This document shows positions 19,049 to 28,119 of a DNA stretch of 64,000 nucleotides, piece by piece. How positions within the stretch are numbered: position 1 is the stretch's first letter; every line of letters starts with the position of its first letter. The notes beneath the pieces were generated by a model that did no database searches, was not told the origin of the DNA, and was given only the letters and a program-made list of their open reading frames with translations. Source of the stretch: an uncultured Gemmatimonadales bacterium (GTDB lineage: Bacteria > Gemmatimonadota > Gemmatimonadetes > Longimicrobiales > RSA9); the NCBI GenBank assembly GCA_963708135.1, contig OY970192.1, positions 480,001-544,000 of the forward strand, given 5' to 3'. The position numbers and the translations under genes are program-made.

Positions 19049-20773
19049 GTGCGCCCTCGGAGAGCTCGAGCGCCTTGCCGCGCCGTGGAATCCCGTGCGT
19101 TGGTCGGCGCGGCCCTGGTGGCCGCCTTTGCGGCCGTCCTCGCCGGCGCGGCCCGCCCGGAGGCCGCTCAGGTGCCCGCGAGCGCCGCGGCCCGCCCGGC
19201 GGCCGCGGCCGCTCGGACGCCCGCGAGCGCCGCGGCCCCCCGGCGGCCGGCCGCCCCCCCCCGCGCCCGGCATCCCGCATCCCGAACCCAGCGCCCCGAG
19301 CCCCGCGCCGCCCCGCTCCAGCCCGGCGACCTCGTCCTCCTCGGCGGCCACGTCTTCCTCGGCGCGAAGACCGGCATGGCGCCCAACACCGGCATCGTCA
19401 TCCGCGACGGCACGCTCCTCGAGGTCGGCGCCGACCTCTCCAGCGCCGACCTCGGCGGCGCCCGCGTCATCCGCCTCCGCGACGACGAGTACATCCTCCC
19501 CGGGCTGTTCGACCTGCACGCGCATTACGCCGTCGACCTGTTCGGCGCGGGGCGCGTGGACGAGTGGCACGTGAACCCGATCCTGTTCCTGGCCAACGGC
19601 GTGACCTCGACGTGGCCGGCGGGCGAGATGGACCCGGACTCGATGCGCGCGGCGCGCGAGCGCATCGACAGCGGCGAGCAGATCGGGCCGCGCATCTACA
19701 ACTCGGGGCCCTACTTCGGCACGGCGAGGCCGGGCTGGGACCACGCGGCCATGACGCCCGACAGCATCCGGAAGGAAGTCGACTACTGGGCGGCCAGGGG
19801 CGTGCGGAGCTTCAAGGCGAAGGGGATCCGCGCGGACGAGCTGCGCGCGCTGATCGCCGAGGCGCACCTGCACGGGCTCACGGTCACGGGGCACCTGGGC
19901 TCGGGCTACCGCGGCACGGTGAACCCGCGCGACGCGATCCTCATGGGGATCGACCGGGTCGAGCACTTCATGGGAGGCGACGTCATGCCCGCCACCCGCT
20001 CCGCGTACGCGTCGCTCCAGGCGCTCGACCTGTCCGACCCGGCGACCGCCGCGCAGGTCGACGTGGAGGTGCGGCTGTTCGAGCGGCAGCACGTCGTCTT
20101 CGACCCCACGCTCAGCGCGTACGGTTACTTCGGCGCGCGCGACCCGCGCGTGTACGACGACTGGGGGCGCGAGATGCGCTTCCTCACGCCGTACGCCCGC
20201 TCGGTGGTCGAGAGCCGGCTGCCGCGGCCGGTGAACGAGCAGTTCGAGAAGATCTACCGCGTGAAGATGAAGACCGTGAAGCGCTTCTTCGACCTGGGCG
20301 GGCTGCCGCTGCTCACGCTCGGCACCGACCACCCGAGCTGGGGGCAGAACTTCTCCGGCTTCGGGTCGCACCGGGAGCTGCTCGCGCTGGTGCTGGCCGG
20401 CATCCCGCCCGCCGACGCGCTGGAGATCGGCACCATCAACGGCGCCCGCGCGCTCGGTGTGGGCAACCGCCTGGGCAGCATCGAGGCGGGCAAGTGGGCC
20501 GACCTGTTCGTCGTCCAGGGCGACCCGCTGCAGGACATCCGCCACACCCGCGACGTGCGCCTGGTCGTGAAGGCCGGCGTGCCGTACGACCCGGCGGAGC
20601 TGCTCGCATCGATGGTCCGCAAGATGGGGCCGGCCAGCGCGGCCGAGGCCGACCGGTGGAAGGGGAGCGTGCGGTACGCGAAGCACCGGGCCGCGGCGGT
20701 CCCGCGGGAGGCGGTGAGGCCCGACGCCCGGGCGGGAGCCGGCGAGGCCCGAGATCCGGGCGGGAGCCGGTGA
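19049..20773 (+). CDS. Secreted amidohydrolase-family protein (start approximate)
   Basis: ILPGLFDLHAHY, NGVTS, LGTDH, TINGARALG...GSIEAGKWADL. Confidence 0.88.
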   Translation: MRPRRARAPCRAVESRALVGAALVAAFAAVLAGAARPEAAQVPASAAARPAAAAARTPASAAAPRRPAAPPRARHPASRTQRPEPRAAPLQPGDLVLLGGHVFLGAKTGMAPNTGIVIRDGTLLEVGADLSSADLGGARVIRLRDDEYILPGLFDLHAHYAVDLFGAGRVDEWHVNPILFLANGVTSTWPAGEMDPDSMRAARERIDSGEQIGPRIYNSGPYFGTARPGWDHAAMTPDSIRKEVDYWAARGVRSFKAKGIRADELRALIAEAHLHGLTVTGHLGSGYRGTVNPRDAILMGIDRVEHFMGGDVMPATRSAYASLQALDLSDPATAAQVDVEVRLFERQHVVFDPTLSAYGYFGARDPRVYDDWGREMRFLTPYARSVVESRLPRPVNEQFEKIYRVKMKTVKRFFDLGGLPLLTLGTDHPSWGQNFSGFGSHRELLALVLAGIPPADALEIGTINGARALGVGNRLGSIEAGKWADLFVVQGDPLQDIRHTRDVRLVVKAGVPYDPAELLASMVRKMGPASAAEADRWKGSVRYAKHRAAAVPREAVRPDARAGAGEARDPGGSR

Positions 20774-21120
20774 AACCGGAGGTCCGAGCGCGAGCCGGTG
20801 AGGCCGGAGGTCCGAGCGGGAGGCGGCGAATCCCGAGATCCGGGCGGGAGCCGGCGAGGGCGGACGACCGAGCGGGAGCCGGTGAGGGCCGAGATCCGGG
20901 CGGGAGCCGGCGAGGCCCGAGATCCGGGCGGGAGCCGGCGAGGGCGGACGACCGGGTGGGAGCTGGCGAGGCCCGACGACCGGGCGGGAGCCGGCGAGGC
21001 CCGAGATCCGGGCGGGAGCCGGCGAGGGCCGAGATCCGGGCGGGAGCCGGTGAGGGCCGAGATCCGGGCGGGAGCCGGTGAGGCCGGAGATCCGGGCGGG
21101 AGCCGGTGAGGCCGGAGGTC
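20704..21120. repeat. Tandem repeat, 28-bp unit, about 15 degenerate copies
   Basis: Unit GCGGGAGCCGG(C/T)GAGG(C/G)CCGAGATCCGG, overlapping the amidohydrolase 3' end. Confidence 0.92.
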
Positions 21121-21135
21121 CTTCGCGATGGTGGA

Positions 21136-21314
21136 GCCGCGGTCAACTCCCCACGCGTACCCCGGCGCGGAGACGGTTGGGGAGTTGACCGCGCTATTCG
21201 TTGTCAACTCCCCAGGGGTCGGAGGTTGACTCGAACGGTTGGGGACTTTACCGCGCTATTCGCAGTCAAGTCCCCAACCCTCGATTCCATGGCCGACGCG
21301 TGGGGACTTTCCTG
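21136..21314 (+). repeat. 179-bp REP/BIME-like palindromic element, copy 1
   Basis: Two 37-bp self-complementary units (TGGGGA..T.ACCGCGCTATTCG..GTCAA.TCCCCA) plus two half units, separated by 24-25 bp; inverted copy at 42129-42307. Confidence 0.88.
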
Positions 21315-21319
21315 CCCTC

Positions 21320-21625
21320 ACGGGCCCCCGCCCCGCCCCCGCCCCCGCCCCCGCACGCCCGGACGCCCGCGGGCCCGCACCCCCGCACCCCCGCACGGCC
21401 GCGCCCGCGGATCCCCGCACCCCGCCCCCACCCCCGCCCCATCACGGCCGCACCCGCCCCCCGCCCCCACCCCCCCGCACCCGCCCGCACGGCCGCGCCC
21501 CCGCTCCCCGCCCCCGATCCCCGCTCCCCGCCCCCACCCCCCCGCCCCCACCCGCCCCCACCCCCCCGCCCCCGCACCCCCACCCCCGCCCACCCGCACA
21601 CCCACCCCCACCCCCGCCCCCGCGC
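21320..21625. repeat. C-rich low-complexity tract (CCCGCA/CCCCCA/CCCCG hexamer-like repeats)
   Basis: About 300 bp made almost entirely of C runs. Confidence 0.85.
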
Positions 21626-21653
21626 CGCAGGCCGGCGACCCGCCCGTCGCCCT

Positions 21654-23168
21654 TCACCCGGCTCCTCTCGCCGGTGTCCACCCTCCGAACGCGTCCTCGA
21701 GGAGCATGGCGCCGGCGATGGTGAGGTGGTCCGCGCCGCGCGCGGCGGTGATCTGCACGGCGCGGGGGAGTCCGCGGGGGTCGAGCCCGACGGGCGCCAC
21801 CGTCGCCGGGAACCCGAGCACGTTGAGCACGGCGGTGTAGGCGAAGTCGAAGGGGCGGAGCAGCGGCGTGTTGTGCGGCGGCGCGACGCGCGGGTGCGCG
21901 GGGAGGACGAGGATGCCCTCGGGGCCGAGCTCCTTCTCCAGCGCGGCCTGGAGCCTCGTCCCCTCCTCGACCAGCTCGCGCACGCGGCGGTCGGAGATCA
22001 GCACGTGGCCCGCGGCCTCGCCCAGGCAGAAGAGGAGGGCGGGGAGGCTGTACTCGCCCCGGCCGAACAGCGTCTTCGCGATCTCGACGGGGAGCGTGAT
22101 CGGCCGGCCGGCGCCCAGGATCTCGCGCAGCGAGAAGCCGCCCATGTCGCGGAGCGCGGCGAACCAGAGGTGGGCGGCGCGGCGGAACGGCTCGGGGTCG
22201 AGCGTCTCGACGTGGACGCCGGCCGCCTCGAGCGCGGCGACGGCGGCGGCCACGGCGGCGCGGATCGGCGGGTCAGGCGAGGCGGCGAGGAGGATGCGGG
22301 GGTCCTCGATCGCGTACGCGCGCGTGCGAGACCACTGCACTGCGGCGGGGTCGCCGAGCTCCATCGCGCGGGCGTTCGGGTCCACGCCGTCCGGGCCGGC
22401 CAGGATGCGGAGCAGCGGCGCGAGGTCGCGGGCGGAGCGGGCGAGCGGGCCGAGGACGACGTACGGGTTCCGCTTGTCGAGACGGGCCTCGGGGCCGCCG
22501 GCGTAGACGGGCCAGTGGCCGGTGAGCGGGACGAGGCCGGTGGTCGGCTTGTGGCCGAAGATGCCGCAGAATGCGGCCGGCATGCGGATCGAGCCGCCGA
22601 TGTCGGCGCCGATCCCGAAGGGCGACGCCCCCGCGGCCACGAGCGCCGCCTCGCCGCCGGAGCTGCCGCCGGGGGTGCGGCGGAGGTCGTAGGGGTTGCG
22701 GGTGCGGCCGTAGACGAGGTTCGCCGTCTCGAACCAGAAGCCCCACTCGGGGACGTTGGTCACGCCGAGCGGGATGGCGCCGGCGGCGCGCAGGCGGGAG
22801 ACGACGACGGCGTCGCCTTCCGCGACCCTCCCCAGGCGACGCCGGGAGCCGAACGTGACCGGCATCCCCTCCAGGTTCACCATCTCCTTCACCGTGAACG
22901 GCACGCCCGCGAGCGGGCCGGCCTCGCCGCGGCGCACGGCCTCGTCCGCCAGCTCCGCCTCGGCGCGGGCCGCCTCGAAGCGTTCGGCCACGAGCGCGTT
23001 CAGCATGGGATCGACGGCGCGGATGCGGGCGATGTGCGCCTCGACCGCCTCGGCGGCCGAGAGCTCCCCGGCGCGGATGCGGCGGGCGAGCTCCGTGGCC
23101 GGGACGGTCAGCACGTCCGGCAGGGTGCCTGGATCGGCTCGGGATCCTGTGTGCGGGCTCGGCGACAT
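21654..23168 (-). CDS. Amidase signature family protein (FAAH-like)
   Basis: [29 protein letters not shown]. Confidence 0.92.
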   Translation of the reverse strand: MSPSPHTGSRADPGTLPDVLTVPATELARRIRAGELSAAEAVEAHIARIRAVDPMLNALVAERFEAARAEAELADEAVRRGEAGPLAGVPFTVKEMVNLEGMPVTFGSRRRLGRVAEGDAVVVSRLRAAGAIPLGVTNVPEWGFWFETANLVYGRTRNPYDLRRTPGGSSGGEAALVAAGASPFGIGADIGGSIRMPAAFCGIFGHKPTTGLVPLTGHWPVYAGGPEARLDKRNPYVVLGPLARSARDLAPLLRILAGPDGVDPNARAMELGDPAAVQWSRTRAYAIEDPRILLAASPDPPIRAAVAAAVAALEAAGVHVETLDPEPFRRAAHLWFAALRDMGGFSLREILGAGRPITLPVEIAKTLFGRGEYSLPALLFCLGEAAGHVLISDRRVRELVEEGTRLQAALEKELGPEGILVLPAHPRVAPPHNTPLLRPFDFAYTAVLNVLGFPATVAPVGLDPRGLPRAVQITAARGADHLTIAGAMLLEDAFGGWTPARGAG

Positions 23169-23333
23169 GGCGGCTCGGGCTCGGGAGGCCGAGGCGGCGC
23201 GGAGGGCGCGCCGGCGTTCCGCGGCGCCCGCAAGCAAGACCGGGACCGTTGGGCGCCGGGCGGGCGAGCGGAGGGTCCGATCCTCGGCCCGGTGGTTTGC
23301 CGTTCCTCGTCCGGGGCCGTTAGTTTCGCGGCT

Positions 23334-24410
23334 ATGACACCACTCGACTGGACCTTCTACGGAACCCCCGTCCGGGGCTGGCTCTACGCGGCGCTGATCG
23401 CGCTTCTCTCCTTTGCGGTGCTGCACGCGGTCAAGTCCATCGTCGTGCGGCGGCTGGCGACGATCGCGGAACGCACGCGGAACGACTACGACGACCTCGC
23501 GGTGGACCTGCTGCGCCGCCTCGCCTCGCCGGTCCTCTTCATCGTGGCGTTGGCGATCGGGGCGCAGGACCTGGCGCTGCCGCACATCGCGGGGCGCGGG
23601 CTCGAGGTCGCCCTGGTGATCGCGACGGTGCTCCAGGCTGCCGTCTGGGGCAACCTCGTCATCGCCTTCTTCATCACGCGCCACCTGAAGCAGCGGCTGG
23701 CGGAGGACCCGGCGAGCGCGACGACCTTGAACGCGCTCGGCTTCATTGCGCGGCTGCTGCTGTGGACGGTGCTGTTCCTGCTCGGCCTCGACAACCTGGG
23801 CATCGACATCACGGCGCTGGTCGCGGGGCTCGGCGTGGGCGGCATCGCCGTGGCGCTGGCGGTGCAGAACATCCTGGGCGACCTGTTCGCGTCGCTCTCC
23901 ATCGTGCTCGACAAGCCGTTCGTGCTCGGCGACTTCATCATCGTGGACGAGCTCATGGGCACGGTCGAGTACATCGGGCTCAAGACGACCCGGCTCCGCA
24001 GCATCTCCGGCGAGCAGATCGTGTGCTCGAACACGGACCTGCTGAAGACGCGGATCCGCAACTACAAGCGGATGTTCGAGCGACGCGTCGTGTTCACGGT
24101 CGGACTCGTCTACGGCACGCCGAAGGAGAAGCTCGCGCGCGTGCCCGGGATCGTACGCTCGCTCGTCGAGGCGCAGGACGGGACGCGCTTCGATCGCTGC
24201 CACTTCAAGAGCTACGGCGCCTTCTCGCTCGACTTCGAGACCGTGTACTTCGTCCTCGACCCCGACTACAACCGCTACATGGACATCCACCAGACGCTGA
24301 ACCTCGGGATCTACGAGGAGTTCGAGAAGGAAGGCCTCGAGTTCGCCTTCCCCACGCAGACCATCCAGCTCGAGGGCGCCACCGCCGCCGCCGGCGGAGC
24401 GGCCGGGTAG
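23334..24410 (+). CDS. MscS-family mechanosensitive channel
   Basis: GLGVGGIAVALAVQNILGD...KPFVLGDFI...GTVEYIGLKTT. Confidence 0.92.
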   Translation: MTPLDWTFYGTPVRGWLYAALIALLSFAVLHAVKSIVVRRLATIAERTRNDYDDLAVDLLRRLASPVLFIVALAIGAQDLALPHIAGRGLEVALVIATVLQAAVWGNLVIAFFITRHLKQRLAEDPASATTLNALGFIARLLLWTVLFLLGLDNLGIDITALVAGLGVGGIAVALAVQNILGDLFASLSIVLDKPFVLGDFIIVDELMGTVEYIGLKTTRLRSISGEQIVCSNTDLLKTRIRNYKRMFERRVVFTVGLVYGTPKEKLARVPGIVRSLVEAQDGTRFDRCHFKSYGAFSLDFETVYFVLDPDYNRYMDIHQTLNLGIYEEFEKEGLEFAFPTQTIQLEGATAAAGGAAG

Positions 24411-24416
24411 TCCGCC

Positions 24417-24665
24417 ATGGGCTTCTTCGTCCTGATCATCCTGATGATGGTGCTGGTCCCGATCGCCCGCGCCATCGCCGACCGCATCGGCTCCGGCGGC
24501 CCCTCGCCCGTCGAGCTGGAGCGTGTCCGCCGCGCCCTGGAGGCCGCCGAGCAGCGCGCCGCCGACGGCGACCAGCGCATCGGCCAGCTCGAGGAGCGCG
24601 TCGATTTCCTCGAGAAGCTACTCCAGGCCCCACGCGCCGGGGAGCGGCTGCCGCCCGGGAGCTGA
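24417..24665 (+). CDS. Small membrane-anchored coiled-coil protein
   Basis: N-terminal TM helix, LEERVDFLEKLL. Confidence 0.7.
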   Translation: MGFFVLIILMMVLVPIARAIADRIGSGGPSPVELERVRRALEAAEQRAADGDQRIGQLEERVDFLEKLLQAPRAGERLPPGS

Positions 24666-24813
24666 GGCCCGTTCCCTCGCCCTCCTCACCCCCGCCCCGC
24701 CCTCCCCCCAGAGTGGGAGAGTGGGAGAGTGGGGGACCGGGCGACGATCGCGGGGCGCGCGGGACGCCGGGCCTCTCGGACCGCCGGGTCCCTCACCCTC
24801 ACCCTCGCCCTCG

Positions 24814-24867
24814 CCCTCCCATACCCCAATCCGAATCCGTACCCTCCCCCTCGCCCCCACCCTTCTC
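24814..24867 (+). repeat. Pyrimidine-rich dispersed repeat, copy 1
   Basis: ccctcccataccccaatccgaatccgtaccctccccctc... resembles the reverse complement of 32418-32472. Confidence 0.6.
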
Positions 24868-25085
24868 ACCCCCGTCCTCGCCCTCGGGCGCCTTCTTGCG
24901 TGCAGCGCCGCGAAGGTCGTATCTGTCGCGGCGGCCCGAGCCCAAAGAAAAGGCAGTCTTCGCGGCGCGGGTCGCCGAAAACCGGACGTGGATGACAGGG
25001 CAGGAGGAAGTCTTCGCCGCCGCCGCGCCGGCCCGCTGTGTGGGTGGCCGGGCGGCCGGGCGGAAGGAGGGAGAGGGGGATCGCG

Positions 25086-26846
25086 ATGAACTGGCGGGCG
25101 GAGCGGAACGAGAATCGGGCGTGGCTGTCGAGGCGGGCGGGGCCGCGGTGGGTGGGGCTCGCGGCGGCGGTGGTGGCGGCGGCGCTCGTGGGGCCGGCGG
25201 CGGCGGCGTCGCAGCAGAAGACGCCGCCGGCGCCCCCGGGTGCGGATAGCGTGCCGAGGCCGGTGGCGGATACGGCGGGAGTCCGTCCGCTGTCGCTCGA
25301 GGCGGCGATGCGGCTGGCGGAGGACAACAGCCAGCAGGTGCTGCTCGCGCGGGCGGCGCTGCTGCGGGCGCGGGGCGGCGAGTGGCAGGCGCGGAGCGCG
25401 CTGCTGCCGCAGCTGAACGCCACGGCGGGATACACCCGCACGCTGGCCACCGAGTTCTCCTCGGTGACGAGCGGCGCGAGCGTGGACACGACCACGGGCC
25501 CCCAGAACTGCAACGGGTTCACGCCGAACCCGACCCTGCCGCTTGCGCAGCGGGTGGACTCGCTCGAGCACGCGGTCAACTGCTCGACGAACGGCAACCC
25601 GTTCTCGGCGTTCCGGAACCTGCCGTTCGGGCGCACGAACCAGTACAACCTGGGGCTGTCGTTCTCGCAATCGCTGTTCGCGGGCGGGCGCAACTGGGCG
25701 CAGACGCGCGCCGCCGCGGCCACGCGGCGGATCGCGGAGATCGGGCTCGGCACGGCCCGCGCGCAGGTGCTCCTTGATGTGACGCAGGCGTACTACGACG
25801 CGGCGCTGTCGGACCGGCTGCTGGCGATCGCCGAGGCGACGCTCGCGCAGGCGCAGACGACGCTCGCGCAGACGCGGCTCGCCAGGCAGGTCGGCGAGCA
25901 GCCGGAGTTCGAGCTGCTGCGGGCGCAGGTCCAGTACCAGAACGAGCGGCCGGTGGTGATCCAGCGACGCTCGGACCGGGACCTGGCCTACATGCACCTG
26001 AAGCAGGTGCTGAATCTGCCGCAGGACACGACGCTCTCGCTGACGACGGGGCTCGAGGACTCCACCCTCGCGCCGGTCGTACAGCTGGTGTCGGCCGAGA
26101 TGCCGGCGGTCGGCGACACGGCCACGGCGATGCGCGCGCCGGTGCGGCAGGCGGAGCAGTCGCTCGCGGCCAGCCAGGCGCAGCAGCACGTGGCGGGGGC
26201 GGAGCGGCTGCCGTCCATCAGCCTGGTCTCGCAGTTCGGCAAGGTGGCCTACCCGGAGAGCGGCCTGCCCTCCTCGTTGGGGCAGTTCCGCACCAACTGG
26301 ACGGTGGGGATCTCCGTGCAGCTGCCGATCTTCGATGGCGGCCGCATCCTTGGCGACCAGCTGGTGGCGCGGGCCGGCGTGCTGCAGGCGCGGGCGAGCC
26401 TGACGCAGACGCGCCAGCTCGCGGCCGTGGACACGCGCAGCGCGCTCGAGCGGCTGCGCGCCGCCGAGGCGTCCTACCAGGCGAGCGCGGGCACCGTCGA
26501 GCAGGCCACGAAGGCGTACTCGATCGCCGAGCTGCGCTACAAGGAGGGGATCTCGACCCAGCTCGAGCTCTCCGACTCGCGCATCCTGCTCCAGCAGGCG
26601 GAGGCCAACCGGGCGCAGGCGGCCCGCGATCTCCAGGTGGCCCGGGTGCGCGCGGCGCTGCTGCCGTACCTGCCACTCGGCGCGGGCAGCGCCGGCACGC
26701 CGGCGGCGGCCACGCAGGGCGGCGTCCAGGCGGCCGGACAGGCACAGCAGCAGCAGCCGACGCAGTCGCCGGCGCAGGGCCAGCAGGCGCAGCAGACCTC
26801 CGCCGGCGGCGCCGCGCAGGCGGGGCGGCCGACGGGCGGGAGCTGA
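25086..26846 (+). CDS. TolC-family outer membrane efflux protein
   Basis: Signal peptide, LSLEAAMRLA, ARSALLPQL, QLPIFDGG, RYKEGISTQLEL. Confidence 0.9.
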   Translation: MNWRAERNENRAWLSRRAGPRWVGLAAAVVAAALVGPAAAASQQKTPPAPPGADSVPRPVADTAGVRPLSLEAAMRLAEDNSQQVLLARAALLRARGGEWQARSALLPQLNATAGYTRTLATEFSSVTSGASVDTTTGPQNCNGFTPNPTLPLAQRVDSLEHAVNCSTNGNPFSAFRNLPFGRTNQYNLGLSFSQSLFAGGRNWAQTRAAAATRRIAEIGLGTARAQVLLDVTQAYYDAALSDRLLAIAEATLAQAQTTLAQTRLARQVGEQPEFELLRAQVQYQNERPVVIQRRSDRDLAYMHLKQVLNLPQDTTLSLTTGLEDSTLAPVVQLVSAEMPAVGDTATAMRAPVRQAEQSLAASQAQQHVAGAERLPSISLVSQFGKVAYPESGLPSSLGQFRTNWTVGISVQLPIFDGGRILGDQLVARAGVLQARASLTQTRQLAAVDTRSALERLRAAEASYQASAGTVEQATKAYSIAELRYKEGISTQLELSDSRILLQQAEANRAQAARDLQVARVRAALLPYLPLGAGSAGTPAAATQGGVQAAGQAQQQQPTQSPAQGQQAQQTSAGGAAQAGRPTGGS

Positions 26847-26935
26847 GACGCGCGTGCCGGCGGAGGGCGCGCGTCGAGCGGGCGGCGCCCCTTCGCGGGA
26901 CACGACCTGAACCGAGGGTGGGAGGGGATCGATCG

Positions 26936-28075
26936 ATGCGACGGGGATGCTGGCGGTGGAGGTGGACGGCGCTCGCGGCCGCCGTGGCGCTGGCGGCGTG
27001 CGGCCGCGGCGGCGGACCGCCGGCGGCCGAGCAGGCGCCGGCGACCGTGACGGTCGGGCCTGAGAACATCGTGGTCGCGCGCGAGGGCACGGTGCAGACC
27101 GGCCCCGCCATCTCGGGCTCGCTCGAGGCGGAGCGGCAGGCGACGGTGCGGGCGCAGGTCTCCGGCCCGATCCTGCAGACGTACGCCGAGCAGGGCCAGG
27201 CGGTGAAGAAGGGCGAGCTGCTCATGCGGATCGACGACACGGCGCTGCGCGATGGCTACCTCTCGGCGCAGGCGGCGGTGCGGACGGCGGAGCAGGCGTC
27301 GGAGCTCGCGCAGCGGAACCTGGAGCGCGCCAGGACGCTGCACTCCGCGGGCGCGATCTCGGACCGCGACCTCGAGACGGCGCAGGCGAACGCGACCAGC
27401 GCGGCGGCCGGGGCCGCGGATGCGCGCGCTCGCCTGGCGCTCGCCCGCAAGCAGCTCGAGGACACGCGCGTCCGCTCGCCCATGACGGGCGTCGTCGCCA
27501 GCCGCGCGGTTTCCGCCGGCGACGTGGTGCAGCCGGGCGGCGCGCTCATCACCGTGGTGGACCCCACGAGCATGCGGCTCCAGGCGTCGGTGCCGTCGGA
27601 CCAGGTCGGCGCCGTGCACATCGGCGCGCCCGTGGAGTTCCGCGTGAACGGGTATCCGGGGCGGACGTTCGAGGGCAAGGTGACCCGGATCGCGCCGGCC
27701 GCGAACCCGACCACCCGGCAGGTGCCGATCTACGTATCGATCCCGAACCGCGGCGGTCAGCTCGTGGGCGGGCTCTACGCCGAGGGGCGCGTGGCGAGCC
27801 AGACCAGGCAGGGGGTCGTGGTGCCCGGCTCGGCTGTCGAGCGCAGCGAGGGCAACGCGGACGTGCTGCGGGTTCAGAAGGGCGTCGTGCAGAAGGTGCC
27901 GGTCCAGCTCGGCATCGAGGACCCGCAGGCGGAGACGGTGCAGGTCCTCTCCGGCGTCTCGCCGGGCGACACCCTGCTGGCCGGCGCCGCCCTCGGCCTC
28001 ACCCCCGGCACCCCCGTGCGGGTCGAGAGGCTGCAGGAGGGGCCGGGCGCGGCAAGCTCCACCGGCCCACCGTAG
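26936..28075 (+). CDS. RND efflux periplasmic adaptor (MFP) lipoprotein
   Basis: LAAC lipobox, GQAVKKGELL, VRSPMTGVV, GDVVQPG. Confidence 0.9.
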   Translation: MRRGCWRWRWTALAAAVALAACGRGGGPPAAEQAPATVTVGPENIVVAREGTVQTGPAISGSLEAERQATVRAQVSGPILQTYAEQGQAVKKGELLMRIDDTALRDGYLSAQAAVRTAEQASELAQRNLERARTLHSAGAISDRDLETAQANATSAAAGAADARARLALARKQLEDTRVRSPMTGVVASRAVSAGDVVQPGGALITVVDPTSMRLQASVPSDQVGAVHIGAPVEFRVNGYPGRTFEGKVTRIAPAANPTTRQVPIYVSIPNRGGQLVGGLYAEGRVASQTRQGVVVPGSAVERSEGNADVLRVQKGVVQKVPVQLGIEDPQAETVQVLSGVSPGDTLLAGAALGLTPGTPVRVERLQEGPGAASSTGPP

Positions 28076-28119
28076 GTCCGGCGCCCCGAGGGCGCAGTGT
28101 CCCGCGTCCGCTTCCCGCG

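Noticed and set aside
20704..21120. CRISPR array with 28-bp repeat
   Set aside because: Units abut with no unique spacers; it is a minisatellite
21136..21314. CRISPR array
   Set aside because: Only two full repeats, 24-25 bp spacers that are homologous between the two loci, no leader and no cas genes in the window
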